Source: a virus (lineage: Duplodnaviria > Heunggongvirae > Uroviricota > Caudoviricetes). Taken from it: DNA of 64,000 bases. The notes beneath the pieces are model-generated. The model was not told the origin of the DNA and did not search any database. It saw nothing but the letters and a program-made list of their open reading frames with translations. The translations under genes were made by a program, and so were the position numbers. The stretch lies in IMG/VR virus record IMGVR_UViG_3300028413_000003, positions 40,465-104,464 of that record; one strand, written 5' to 3'. The first letter of the stretch is position 1. Each line of letters opens with the position of its first letter. This document shows, piece by piece, positions 1 to 9,097 of this stretch.

Positions 1-246
1 TTGCATGGACAGGCAGCAACCGAGATTTTGGCACAACTTTGGTACTGTCTGCGCCTATCATTGAGTTTAAAAATATCTCAAAAATTGCTGGGCATTCTGG
101 ATACACTTGTGATCCAGCCTATCCGTGGTGCATGGAGGATGGCATGGTGTTTCTTACCCATGAGGTTACTTGCATGTGGGCGTTTGTTTGGGAGCCAGAC
201 GAAATCAAGGCCATGCACGCATACAAACTTCACGAATAGTTGTTGA
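1..246 (+). CDS. hypothetical protein (ORF at window edge, possibly 5'-truncated)
   Basis: ORF track only; no recognisable motif. Confidence 0.2.
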   Translation: MHGQAATEILAQLWYCLRLSLSLKISQKLLGILDTLVIQPIRGAWRMAWCFLPMRLLACGRLFGSQTKSRPCTHTNFTNSC

Positions 247-271
247 CATTGTTGAATTAGCATGTTAGTAA
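243..271 (+). promoter_or_regulatory. sigma70-like promoter TTGACA-N17-TAGTAA
   Basis: -35 TTGACA 243-248, 17-nt spacer, -10 266-271; upstream of ORF 306. Confidence 0.4.
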
Positions 272-305
272 TTTACTATGACTAAAATAACAAAAGGATC
301 ACCTA

Positions 306-1415
306 ATGGGACTTAGTATTCTGTTCTTCCTTATTCCTGCACTTGTAGTGATGGGTATTGTAAAACTGTATTTCAACTGGGAATACACATGGAAAGAGTT
401 TGGAGTGCAAGCTGGCGGAACGCTGCTGGTCCTTGTGCTTATCTTTGCTGCTGGCAGCTTTGGACAAACCTCTGACACACAGTTGATCAACGGAGTAGTA
501 ACCAAGCTAGATACGATACAGGAATCATGTCAGAGAGGTTGGCAAAGATCATCTGACAATTTCTGCACAGAATATCGCACTCGGTTTGTACCCGACGGGC
601 AAACCTGCTCGACAAACAGCAACGGGCAGCGCTCTTGTACTACTAATTATAGAACAGAATACAAATCTATTTTTGAATGGGAACGCAGATACTTCCTAGA
701 CTCTGATCTTGACATACGCTTTGAAATTGCAAGAGAAGACAAGCAAGGCAGCACAACACCAGCAAGGTTTGCACAAGTTGCACTTGGAGATCCTGTCACT
801 ACGTCGCAAAGGTACACCAATTATATCCGTGGCGCAGTTGACAGCTTGTTTGCAGAAGACGAGCCAGTTGAGGTGTTGCCCATTGCATATCCGCGCGTTC
901 GAGACTATTACATTGCAAACCGTGTGATATTCACTGGCTACAAGACATCCAGTGCGCTGCACACTCAATGGAACAAAGACTTTGCAGTTGTAAATGCCAA
1001 CATACGCAAAACCGGCGCAAATGCTATTGTAGTGGTAACTGGCGGTCCGCCGAGCTTTGCACTAGCACTAGCACAAGCGTGGGAAGCTCACAACATTAAC
1101 GATGTGGTTACTGTGATCGGAATGGACGGGGATGCGATTAGTTGGGTAGACGTGCGACACTGGAGCAGCAACAGTATTGTTGGGTTGGCCATAGAAAATA
1201 ACATTCTTGCGCTGGATTCACTTGACACTCAGGCAATTGATGCTATAATAGAAGATGCAGTGTTAGAAAACTTCCAACTAAGATCCATGGACGAGTTTGA
1301 GTATCTAGCAGAAGAAATTGCACCACCGATCTGGGCGCTTGTACTAGCAGCAATGACGTTGCTAGTTGTAACACCAGTTATAACTTACATGTTCCATAAG
1401 CATGAAGTATTTTAA
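306..1415 (+). CDS. hypothetical membrane protein (N- and C-terminal hydrophobic segments)
   Basis: 369-aa ORF; hydrophobic N-terminus MGLSILFFLIPALVVMGIV and C-terminal TM LVLAAMTLLVVTPVI. Confidence 0.5.
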   Translation: MGLSILFFLIPALVVMGIVKLYFNWEYTWKEFGVQAGGTLLVLVLIFAAGSFGQTSDTQLINGVVTKLDTIQESCQRGWQRSSDNFCTEYRTRFVPDGQTCSTNSNGQRSCTTNYRTEYKSIFEWERRYFLDSDLDIRFEIAREDKQGSTTPARFAQVALGDPVTTSQRYTNYIRGAVDSLFAEDEPVEVLPIAYPRVRDYYIANRVIFTGYKTSSALHTQWNKDFAVVNANIRKTGANAIVVVTGGPPSFALALAQAWEAHNINDVVTVIGMDGDAISWVDVRHWSSNSIVGLAIENNILALDSLDTQAIDAIIEDAVLENFQLRSMDEFEYLAEEIAPPIWALVLAAMTLLVVTPVITYMFHKHEVF

Positions 1416-1971
1416 AGGAAGTACTATGAAGAGTTTAATAGCCACAGCTATTGTAATTGGCGGAATTGCTGTAATCACAGCAGGAAGTTATATTTCAGCT
1501 TTCAACACTGGCAACAGACTTGAAAATGTTATCATTGCAACATTTCAAGACAACAAGAACGTGCTAGCCAACTATAGCAACACCATTGCCGAAGCTGCGC
1601 AAATTCCAACAATGCAACGAGATGATCTCAGAGACGTGGTAACAGCAGCACTCGATGCACGTTATGGCGACGAGGGATCGCAGGCAATGTTCCAGTTTAT
1701 TCAGGAACAGAACCCAACCCTTGACAGCCAAGTGTATGTAGAATTGCAGCGTATTATCACCGGTGGACGTGAAGACTTTCGTCTAGCGCAGACTCGGTTA
1801 ATTGACCAAAAACGTGTGTACGAAACTGCGCTTGGTTCATTCTGGGGCGGCACGTGGATGCGGATTGCAGGATATCCAAAGACTGATCTAGACGAATTTG
1901 TTATTGTAACAAACTTTCGCACAGAAGAAGCGTTTGACACAGGCGTAGAAGAAGCAATTGAACTTCGATAA
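1402..1971 (+). CDS. hypothetical membrane-anchored protein (possible LemA-like); true start may be ATG 1426
   Basis: 189-aa ORF, N-terminal TM IATAIVIGGIAVITAG; weak LemA-like pattern. Confidence 0.4.
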   Translation: MKYFKGSTMKSLIATAIVIGGIAVITAGSYISAFNTGNRLENVIIATFQDNKNVLANYSNTIAEAAQIPTMQRDDLRDVVTAALDARYGDEGSQAMFQFIQEQNPTLDSQVYVELQRIITGGREDFRLAQTRLIDQKRVYETALGSFWGGTWMRIAGYPKTDLDEFVIVTNFRTEEAFDTGVEEAIELR

Positions 1972-2055
1972 CCCAGACGTTCAATGAATAAACTAGACAT
2001 AGCATTATTATTGTGCTATGTTTATTAGGCACAACCCAACAAAGGCACAGCAAAC

Positions 2056-4194
2056 ATGATTATTAACTCAGCGCCAGCAGACAAGGCAGTCTTTGGCGGA
2101 ATCACTAAGGTTAGTGAATTCAAGATCAAAAATAGCGCAAAGGCATTTGGTATTCTGTCAAGTGGTTTGTATGCAAACAAAATTCGAGCAATCATCCGAG
2201 AACTTAGCTGCAACGCAGTCGACAGTCATGTTGCAGCTGGAAAGCGCAACACACCATTTGATTTGCACTTACCGACAAGGCTCCAGCCGTACTTTGCAAT
2301 TCGCGATTATGGTATTGGCTTGAACCTCGATGATGTTACACACATCTACACCACTTACTTCGAAAGCACCAAAGCCGACAGTAATGACTTTATCGGCGCA
2401 CTAGGTCTTGGATCAAAGTCGCCATTTAGCTACACTGACAGCTTCACCGTTATTGCTATTAAAGACGGCGTCAAGGGCATTTTTAGTGCTTTTATCAACG
2501 ACGACGGTGTTCCGAGTGTTGCTGAGATGGGTGTGGAGAAAACAGACGAGCCGTCTGGTGTTGAAGTAAAATTTGCAGTAACTGACGCTGATGATTTCTG
2601 GCGCTTTAGTACAGAAGCCAAGTCTGTGTTTACATATTTCGATCTTGTGCCAAATCTAACCGGCACCGAAATAGAGTTTAACACGGTTGAATATGAAGGC
2701 AAATGTATTGTTGCCAACGTGTTTTCGCGTAATAGCCAGATGGCCTACGCCAAGTCTACTAACAATGCAATCATGGGCAACATTGCCTATCCGATTGAAA
2801 TTCCAAGCAGTGACCGAAAATTAGGTGACTTGAATTTTGTCAGCAACACTGGACTTGATATCAAATTTGAATTAGGCGAAATTGAATTCCAGGCAAGCCG
2901 AGAAGGACTTCAGTACACTGAATGCACTATTACTAAAATCAAAGCAAAATACAAAGAAATTGCTGATGCATTAGAAGTAACACTGATTGCGGAAATGAAA
3001 TCAATTGAAAACACGTGGGACCGAGTACAATTTTTGAGGAACAAGGCAAAAAACCAATTATGGAGCGGAGTGGTCCAGCACTATATTGACAACAACAAGA
3101 TTCCGTTCTTATTCGGAAATAGATACTATTACAACTCATCCATAAAATTAAATGTAGAAGACATTGCCAAAAAATTCAATGTTGTGTTGCGATCATTCTC
3201 AACAGCCAAAGGGTCTTACGCCAGCGGCGGACTGAGCAAAATTGCAACCGAGAAGAAGGCCGGGTATGGGGGTCTTTGGTTAGTGGAATGCTGCAAAGAT
3301 GTGTTGTTTATTAAAAACACCGACAATGCTCGCATGTGGGAACGCAGCAAATATCATGTCAAAATTGCTTATGAGAAAGGCAAGACGGCATTTGTAATTT
3401 TTGCAAAGAATGCAGACAAGCCAGTTGATGTTGCAGGGTTTTTGGCTGCCATTCACAATCCTCCGGAAAATCAGGTCATTGACGTTACTGATTTAACAAA
3501 GCCTGATACAGTTTCAAGAATGTCAGAAAAGATCACACTGCTTAAAATAGACACATGCCATTACAATAATTCCATGACGTGGAGCGAATGCACAATGTCT
3601 CCAGGAGACATGGATAATACTAAAATCTATTGCTATGTCCCTATTACAGGATTCAAAGGAATTTCTAAGGCAGGCAAAGACATCAATGTTAAGAATGTTT
3701 ACCGTGCCATGAAAGCAAGCGGTCATCCAAAACTGTCAACTGTTGCAATGTATGGGGTACGCAAGACTGATGTCGCCGCAGTAGAAGCTTTGCCTAATTG
3801 GGTGAGATATGAGGACCTTGTAGAAGAAGTACTGGGCGAACTTAAATCCGAAAATTTACTTAGCATGGTGCTTTCACGGGTTGACAAAGATAGAGAATCA
3901 ATCTATTATAATAAGAAGCTTGTTAACATGTTGGACGAAAAAAGTCCAATGCGAGCGTTTTGCAAAAAGCTTCCTGAAGTTCCTGTAGGAGGCGACCGCA
4001 GCTTGTTTGAGCTTTCAAACACAATCGAAAGCTCACTTAACTTAACACTGTTAGAAGAAACAGCGACCAAAGAAATCGAGGGGATCCGCAGTCGTTACTC
4101 AATGATACAACAAATGCAGCGCAGTAGGTACTACGACGAGACTATTGTTGCAGAATATATTAACCTCGTCGATCAACATAAAGGACTAACATAA
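2056..4194 (+). CDS. rIIA: rIIA-like protein with GHKL (Bergerat-fold) ATPase domain
   Basis: N-box IRELSCNAVDS, G1 box DYGIGL, G2 box GALGLGSKS; 712 aa (T4 rIIA 725 aa); immediately upstream of an unambiguous rIIB homologue. Confidence 0.8.
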   Translation: MIINSAPADKAVFGGITKVSEFKIKNSAKAFGILSSGLYANKIRAIIRELSCNAVDSHVAAGKRNTPFDLHLPTRLQPYFAIRDYGIGLNLDDVTHIYTTYFESTKADSNDFIGALGLGSKSPFSYTDSFTVIAIKDGVKGIFSAFINDDGVPSVAEMGVEKTDEPSGVEVKFAVTDADDFWRFSTEAKSVFTYFDLVPNLTGTEIEFNTVEYEGKCIVANVFSRNSQMAYAKSTNNAIMGNIAYPIEIPSSDRKLGDLNFVSNTGLDIKFELGEIEFQASREGLQYTECTITKIKAKYKEIADALEVTLIAEMKSIENTWDRVQFLRNKAKNQLWSGVVQHYIDNNKIPFLFGNRYYYNSSIKLNVEDIAKKFNVVLRSFSTAKGSYASGGLSKIATEKKAGYGGLWLVECCKDVLFIKNTDNARMWERSKYHVKIAYEKGKTAFVIFAKNADKPVDVAGFLAAIHNPPENQVIDVTDLTKPDTVSRMSEKITLLKIDTCHYNNSMTWSECTMSPGDMDNTKIYCYVPITGFKGISKAGKDINVKNVYRAMKASGHPKLSTVAMYGVRKTDVAAVEALPNWVRYEDLVEEVLGELKSENLLSMVLSRVDKDRESIYYNKKLVNMLDEKSPMRAFCKKLPEVPVGGDRSLFELSNTIESSLNLTLLEETATKEIEGIRSRYSMIQQMQRSRYYDETIVAEYINLVDQHKGLT

Positions 4195-4195
4195 T

Positions 4196-5032
4196 ATGCT
4201 TCCATATATGATGCAAGGCAACAACATTGTTGTTGTTGTCAACAACACACCACATACTATTGCTAAAACACACGTGACCTATACCAAAGTCAAAGATGCT
4301 ATCATTGCCGGCGACTGGGAAACTGTGAAGAAGATCATCGATCCAGAAAAGGTTGTACTCGAATACGGCAACGGTCGTGTCGAAGTCCAAGGCGAGAAAC
4401 TGTTCTGGGACGGCAGAGAAATGCACAACGCATTGTCAAAGCGTATGATCGAAATGCTACAAGAAGGATTTCCAATCGAGCCATTAGTTCTATTCATGGA
4501 GAACTTGCAGAGCAACCCAAGTCACCGCGCAGTAAAAGAGCTGTACGGCTTCTTGGAAAAGAATTGTCTGCCTATTACTCCAGACGGTTGCTTTTTGGCG
4601 TACAAGCGCGTAAGAGACAGCTACCTAGACTGTTACTCCGGTACAGTATCAAACAAGCCAGCATACTTGCTGACTGACGAAGAGAAGACTGCCATGGCAG
4701 ACACTGTTTCTGGACGTTTGAAAGAAGTAGAAGTCACACTTGAAAACGACATGACTGTTGTCACAATGCCGCGCAACATGGTCAACGACGACAAAGACCA
4801 GACTTGCTCGGATGGATTGCATTTTTGCAGTGAAGATTACCTCAACAGCTTCGGCGGAGAGCGTATCATGATCCTAAAGATCAATCCTATGGACGTTGTT
4901 AGTGTGCCCAGCGACTACCGCGACAGCAAGGGTCGTACATGCTCCTACACGGTAGTTGGCGAGCTTGGTGTAGATCCAGCTGATGCATTCACTGCTGCTG
5001 TGCAGGAAAACGCAAATACTGCAACCGAGTAA
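4196..5032 (+). CDS. rIIB: rIIB-like protein
   Basis: Block-wise match to T4 rIIB C-terminal half: NDDKDQTCSDGLHFCS / PMDVVSVPSDYRDSKGRTCSYTVV versus T4 NDDDTQTCSGGLHVCS / PRDVVSIPIDYNDAKMRTCQYEVV. Confidence 0.9.
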   Translation: MLPYMMQGNNIVVVVNNTPHTIAKTHVTYTKVKDAIIAGDWETVKKIIDPEKVVLEYGNGRVEVQGEKLFWDGREMHNALSKRMIEMLQEGFPIEPLVLFMENLQSNPSHRAVKELYGFLEKNCLPITPDGCFLAYKRVRDSYLDCYSGTVSNKPAYLLTDEEKTAMADTVSGRLKEVEVTLENDMTVVTMPRNMVNDDKDQTCSDGLHFCSEDYLNSFGGERIMILKINPMDVVSVPSDYRDSKGRTCSYTVVGELGVDPADAFTAAVQENANTATE

Positions 5033-5037
5033 GTAGC

Positions 5038-5066
5038 TTGACAATAGTGTATGCTTGTGCTAATGT
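5038..5066 (+). promoter_or_regulatory. sigma70-like promoter TTGACA-N17-TAATGT
   Basis: -35 5038-5043, -10 5061-5066, 36 nt upstream of ATG 5103. Confidence 0.5.
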
Positions 5067-5102
5067 GCAAGCATACACTACACACATCAAGAGGAACTGA
5101 CA

Positions 5103-5408
5103 ATGACCACAGTTAATGTAAAAGTGAATCAGAGATTTTTTGCAATCATGGACCCAGAATGGGGATCACCTGTTGTGATTCCTGAAACAATCCGTGCCAG
5201 CCGTGAAGCTGCAAAGGATGCCGTCCTATGGATGTCGAAGTACAGCCTTTATCATGGCGGCAGTTGTCATGGCGGCACTATGGACGCCATGACCAAAGGC
5301 AAATGGGACAACATGGCACAACAAGGATACAAGGTTGTTGAATTCCACCTCACTGATGTACGAGCCGAAGTCATAATTGGCACACACGACACAGAGGAAC
5401 TAACATGA
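5103..5408 (+). CDS. hypothetical protein
   Basis: 101-aa ORF behind promoter; stop overlaps next start (ATGA). Confidence 0.5.
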   Translation: MTTVNVKVNQRFFAIMDPEWGSPVVIPETIRASREAAKDAVLWMSKYSLYHGGSCHGGTMDAMTKGKWDNMAQQGYKVVEFHLTDVRAEVIIGTHDTEELT

Positions 5409-5854
5409 TACGTTTATCATGGATCATTAGAAATTGGCGACCTCAAGAGTCGTCTGCCTCAAGCAAAGATTATTATTACAAACAAGGATCATTTTCGCAA
5501 CGCAAACATTGGGAAGTCCAAATCAGTAAGTTCGCCTGTACGCGAAACCTACTTGAGCTGACACTTGATCTTGGCTGGACTGGCGAGGATCATGCAGGTC
5601 CAGAACTGTGTATTGATTTATTTGGGTATTGGTTCAATATGAAAATGTATGACTCACGACATTGGGATTATGAGTTGGGCCGATGGGAAGAATACCCTGG
5701 TGCAGTAGATGAGCGAGACAACGATGACGATGACTGGGGCGACGATGACGACATAGCCGATGACGCCCAGCGTATGCTTGATAAACTAGAAGCCAGGCGT
5801 ATAGAAAACAATCGTCGAGTCCTTCTAGGACTCGGACCAATAGATGACGCGTAG
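5405..5854 (+). CDS. hypothetical protein with acidic D-rich C-terminal tract
   Basis: 149-aa ORF; DERDNDDDDWGDDDDIADD tract. Confidence 0.45.
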   Translation: MIRLSWIIRNWRPQESSASSKDYYYKQGSFSQRKHWEVQISKFACTRNLLELTLDLGWTGEDHAGPELCIDLFGYWFNMKMYDSRHWDYELGRWEEYPGAVDERDNDDDDWGDDDDIADDAQRMLDKLEARRIENNRRVLLGLGPIDDA

Positions 5855-5991
5855 AACAATCCTCAACATTGCAATACTCTTTGGCTTAGTAGGGTGCCTT
5901 GCGTTGTGTACATGCAGCATCAGAGACACTCCTAACATCAGCTTTATTGAATTTTACTTAGGCAAATAGAAACAAAGATCGGAAAGATACA

Positions 5992-6303
5992 ATGTCTATG
6001 CATATGCAAGACGACGGCGTCGAACTAACACAAGCGTTAATCAATCACGGAATGAAAACAGACGAACCCAGCCAGCTGGCTGATGCATTTCGCTTAGGAT
6101 GGGCTCAACGACAATCAGTCAAAGTTACAGCATGGGTTAGAATCACAGATCATGGCGATGGATCATCCGGAGCAACTCTTTGGCCATCCGAGGAACTTGC
6201 ACTAGGCGTCGCCAGCCGCGACGGGTTTGACAGTGAATTTATTCTTCAGAGCACAGTTGAAAGTGTTGAGTTTGATGTCACCGACTGCGAAAAAGTATTA
6301 TGA
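5992..6303 (+). CDS. hypothetical protein
   Basis: 103-aa ORF; RBS-like ggaaagatac upstream. Confidence 0.45.
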   Translation: MSMHMQDDGVELTQALINHGMKTDEPSQLADAFRLGWAQRQSVKVTAWVRITDHGDGSSGATLWPSEELALGVASRDGFDSEFILQSTVESVEFDVTDCEKVL

Positions 6304-6503
6304 GATTGTTAATTTTAATGATTGTATTTGGCGCGATGCCATTGGCACAATGCGAAGTCTTTTCTGCAATGATACTTGCTGATACAACTTCGGCATACCA
6401 GCAACTCACTGACGAGCTTGCAACTACAATGTTTCCTACCGACCAATTTGATGTTGTGTGTGAATCTACCCAATTACCATCTGACCCTGCATATGCATTG
6501 TAA
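6300..6503 (+). CDS. hypothetical small protein
   Basis: 67-aa ORF with ATGA overlap to upstream gene. Confidence 0.3.
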   Translation: MRLLILMIVFGAMPLAQCEVFSAMILADTTSAYQQLTDELATTMFPTDQFDVVCESTQLPSDPAYAL

Positions 6504-6507
6504 ACAT

Positions 6508-6693
6508 ATGGAAAATGCAGATACCTTAGAAAAGATTAGATGCTTTTCTGTGCATGCGGGTACAAATCATTTAGGATATGTGTACACGGCAGATGCAGAA
6601 GCTGCAATTACCAAGGCCTGTGCCACATACAACAACCCGTCCGTATGGGACGTTAAAGCATACACGATAACACAGCTAACCAAGGAGAAATAA
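6508..6693 (+). CDS. hypothetical small protein (internal start of ORF 6376..6693)
   Basis: Protein-like C-terminal part MENADTLEKIRCF...; start uncertain. Confidence 0.3.
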   Translation: MENADTLEKIRCFSVHAGTNHLGYVYTADAEAAITKACATYNNPSVWDVKAYTITQLTKEK

Positions 6694-6694
6694 A

Positions 6695-7207
6695 ATGGCA
6701 ACTTGTTATGTATTAGTTGGCGCGCCAGCAGTAGGAAAAAGCACTCGCGTAAAACAGATGGTCGAAATGGACCGCGATGCATATGTGTACAGCACAGATG
6801 CCGAACTTGAACTGATTGCACTCGCTTTGGGTAAAACCTACAACGATGTGTTCGAGTCTCAATATAAAAATGCTGTGAAAATTGCAGAAGAAGGATTGGT
6901 GTTTGCTCTCCAAGACAAACATGATGTGATCTGGGATCAAACCAACATGGGTGTTAACAAGCGAGCCGTTATTGTTGAACGTATGAAAAAGAATGCATAC
7001 GATATAATTTGTGAATGCTATTTGCATCCATCCGTGGCGGACGTTGACGACTGGGCCAATTGGCAGAATCGTCTTGTCAGCAGGCCAGGTAAAACAATTC
7101 CTGGATTTGTTATTGCAAACATGACCAAGAGCTTTGTGATGCCCGACTTTACTGAAGGGTTTGATGATATTCGAATATTTGATATGTACGGCGATGCGTT
7201 GCTGTAA
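6695..7207 (+). CDS. polynucleotide 5'-kinase domain protein (T4 Pnk kinase-domain-like, no fused phosphatase)
   Basis: Walker A GAPAVGKST; WDQTNMGVNKRAVIVERMKKNAY resembles T4 Pnk [23 protein letters not shown]; 170 aa, kinase domain only. Confidence 0.6.
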   Translation: MATCYVLVGAPAVGKSTRVKQMVEMDRDAYVYSTDAELELIALALGKTYNDVFESQYKNAVKIAEEGLVFALQDKHDVIWDQTNMGVNKRAVIVERMKKNAYDIICECYLHPSVADVDDWANWQNRLVSRPGKTIPGFVIANMTKSFVMPDFTEGFDDIRIFDMYGDALL

Positions 7208-7224
7208 AAAATTGTTTTTAGCCG

Positions 7225-7253
7225 TTGACTATAGGACTGCTATAGTGTAATAT
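7225..7253 (+). promoter_or_regulatory. sigma70-like promoter TTGACT-N17-TAATAT (followed by TATAAATT)
   Basis: -35 7225-7230, -10 7248-7253; upstream of rnlA ATG 7295 with GGAGG RBS. Confidence 0.5.
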
Positions 7254-7294
7254 AAATTATGCACCGAGTAGTGCTAGAGTTTAATGGAGGCAAC

Positions 7295-7948
7295 ATGTCT
7301 TACAAATTTCCCGAGATACGCACTATCAACGATGTACTTCCGCATATCAAAGGATGTGACGAGTTTATTGTTGCAGAGCGCGACGGCTTTACTGTAATTA
7401 ACTATGCCGTGTCCATGCCAGACACCTTTCCACCAATTGCAGTTGCAGGCGGCAGCGCAAAGATGCGTGAAGAACGCAGCCTGTCCAGCAGGATCAAGCG
7501 CGAATGCCGCGGATTGATATTTGGTGAAGACGGAGAACTTATGTCTCGTCCGTTCCACAAGTTTTTTAACATCAACGAGCGTGAAGAAACACTGTCAAAA
7601 AACATCGACATGACACGTCCGCACACTGTTATGGAAAAAATGGACGGGTGTCTTGATGAAGATAGTATTATTGCAACACCTGATGGTGGCAAAACTATAA
7701 AATTTTTATGTGAAACTAACTATAATGGACTTGTATTAGGGCAGAATTTAAAAAAGCAGATAATGTGGACACCTGTATTGGCATCGGCTATTAAAACCCA
7801 ATGTGATGATTGGTATGAAATAGAATTGACTAATGGGCATATCCTAAAACTTACTGGAAATCACAAAATTTGGTGCACCGATATAAGCGATTATATACGG
7901 GCAGATGAGCTCACTGGGGAAGAAGACCTTCTATTTTTTGAAGAATAA
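7295..7948 (+). CDS. rnlA: RNA ligase 1 N-terminal extein (118 aa) fused in frame to split-intein N-half (99 aa)
   Basis: ECRGLIFGEDGELMSRPFHKFFNINE and TVMEKMDG match T4 Rnl1 ECRGIMFEMDGE...SRPMEKFFNLNE and ILTKEDG (KxDG motif); Cys 7649 begins intein block A CLDEDSIIATPDG, block B GHILKLTGNHKIW; ORF ends at TAA 7946. Confidence 0.8.
   Translation: MSYKFPEIRTINDVLPHIKGCDEFIVAERDGFTVINYAVSMPDTFPPIAVAGGSAKMREERSLSSRIKRECRGLIFGEDGELMSRPFHKFFNINEREETLSKNIDMTRPHTVMEKMDGCLDEDSIIATPDGGKTIKFLCETNYNGLVLGQNLKKQIMWTPVLASAIKTQCDDWYEIELTNGHILKLTGNHKIWCTDISDYIRADELTGEEDLLFFEE
7649..7945 (+). mobile_element. split intein N-terminal half (Int-N, Hint blocks A and B)
   Basis: Cys1 directly after KMDG; TxxH motif; no endonuclease domain; terminates about 100 aa in. 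Confidence 0.75.
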
Positions 7949-8927
7949 GTTGGGGTAGATCAGTACAGTTATTAATTTCATATTCCCATATTTCAATAAC
8001 TGTAAATCCTTTCTTTTCGGCAAGTAATTGTTTCTTTTTATCATTTTCCCAAATATCAGATACTGGTTTATTTTTATTACCTGGATGAGTTACAACGTCT
8101 CCTTCGTTATAAAATATTGGGTTAGCATGCCAGAAATCACCTTGACATTCAATCAATATAGTGCCTATCTTGAAGTCAAATTGTCTATTCCCAATAAAAT
8201 ATGAAAATATATACGATATTCCTAATGAAGCTAGCGCCTCGGCAATTACCGACTCAATAGAATTCATTTTGCCAGAATATTGGTTAAGCCCAGATCTTTT
8301 ACAAGCATTATATTTTTCTGAATCTGTTAAATTAGCCCACCACTTTTTACGGCCAGCACTAATCTTATCACCAAGCGCAGCTCTGTACTCATTAGACCAG
8401 TTTGCTTTTGTTTCTTTCTGCTTCTCAATATTTGTTCTTCGTAGTGTTCCATATTTGGCAAGCATAGTAATATTAATTTTATCCTTTATTTCTTGCGCCG
8501 ATCTGACATTGTCGACCTCATATTTACGTTTTACAGTATCATTTCGTTTATGATATGCAATTGTATCTTTGGAAAGAGCATTTATTGTGCCGTATTTTTC
8601 AAGACAAGTTTTTTTGTATTTTTCTTGAGTTCGTTTTGATCTCGTGGTAGTCTTCTTAGGAATACCTAAGTAATATATAATCTTATATAACGTACTACTT
8701 GATAACCGTTGTATGTTAAAATGATCTAATAAATCCTTAATTGAAAAATCCTGAACAACATACATATTTATTAGGTCATTTTTAAAATCTGACTTGCTTG
8801 TGTTAGAATTATAGCATATAAGATTTATTAAATGTTCCGGTTTGGATAAGCCGTTAGCGCATGTATAAAAATGACTGAACTTTTCTTCTATTTTATCTTC
8901 ACAAACATAACATTTCATAGTTGACAT
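7911..8927 (-). CDS. free-standing homing endonuclease, Vsr-like PD-(D/E)XK fold (EDxHD-type, I-Bth0305I-like), with N-terminal zinc finger
   Basis: 338-aa minus-strand ORF between intein halves; ILIECQGDFWHANP and GFTVIEIWEYE resemble Vsr FIDGCFWHGH / WRVLTVWE; N-terminal CYVCEDK...CANG. Confidence 0.6.
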   Translation of the reverse strand: MSTMKCYVCEDKIEEKFSHFYTCANGLSKPEHLINLICYNSNTSKSDFKNDLINMYVVQDFSIKDLLDHFNIQRLSSSTLYKIIYYLGIPKKTTTRSKRTQEKYKKTCLEKYGTINALSKDTIAYHKRNDTVKRKYEVDNVRSAQEIKDKINITMLAKYGTLRRTNIEKQKETKANWSNEYRAALGDKISAGRKKWWANLTDSEKYNACKRSGLNQYSGKMNSIESVIAEALASLGISYIFSYFIGNRQFDFKIGTILIECQGDFWHANPIFYNEGDVVTHPGNKNKPVSDIWENDKKKQLLAEKKGFTVIEIWEYEINNCTDLPQLILQKIEGLLPQ

Positions 8928-8995
8928 CCTTTATTTCTTCGTGTATGGTATTTATATAAAAACTAGACAAACACCTACTTTGTAAAGGAAAATTT

Positions 8996-9097
8996 GTGAA
9001 AATTGCAAATATTAAAAAAATTAGAAACAATTCTCTCCGATATGACATCCAGACATCTACTAATAATTTTTTTGCTAATAACATTCTTGTGCATAAC
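8996..9097 (+). mobile_element. split intein C-terminal half (Int-C, blocks F and G)
   Basis: GTG start with RBS aaaggaaaa; RYDIQTSTNNFFANNILVHN followed by Ser+1; same reading frame as Int-N ORF. Confidence 0.75.

Noticed and set aside
2056-4194. GHKL ATPase initially read as an HtpG/Hsp90-like chaperone
   Set aside because: The downstream gene is an unambiguous rIIB homologue, and the size matches T4 rIIA, which carries the same Bergerat-fold ATPase. rIIA is the better call.
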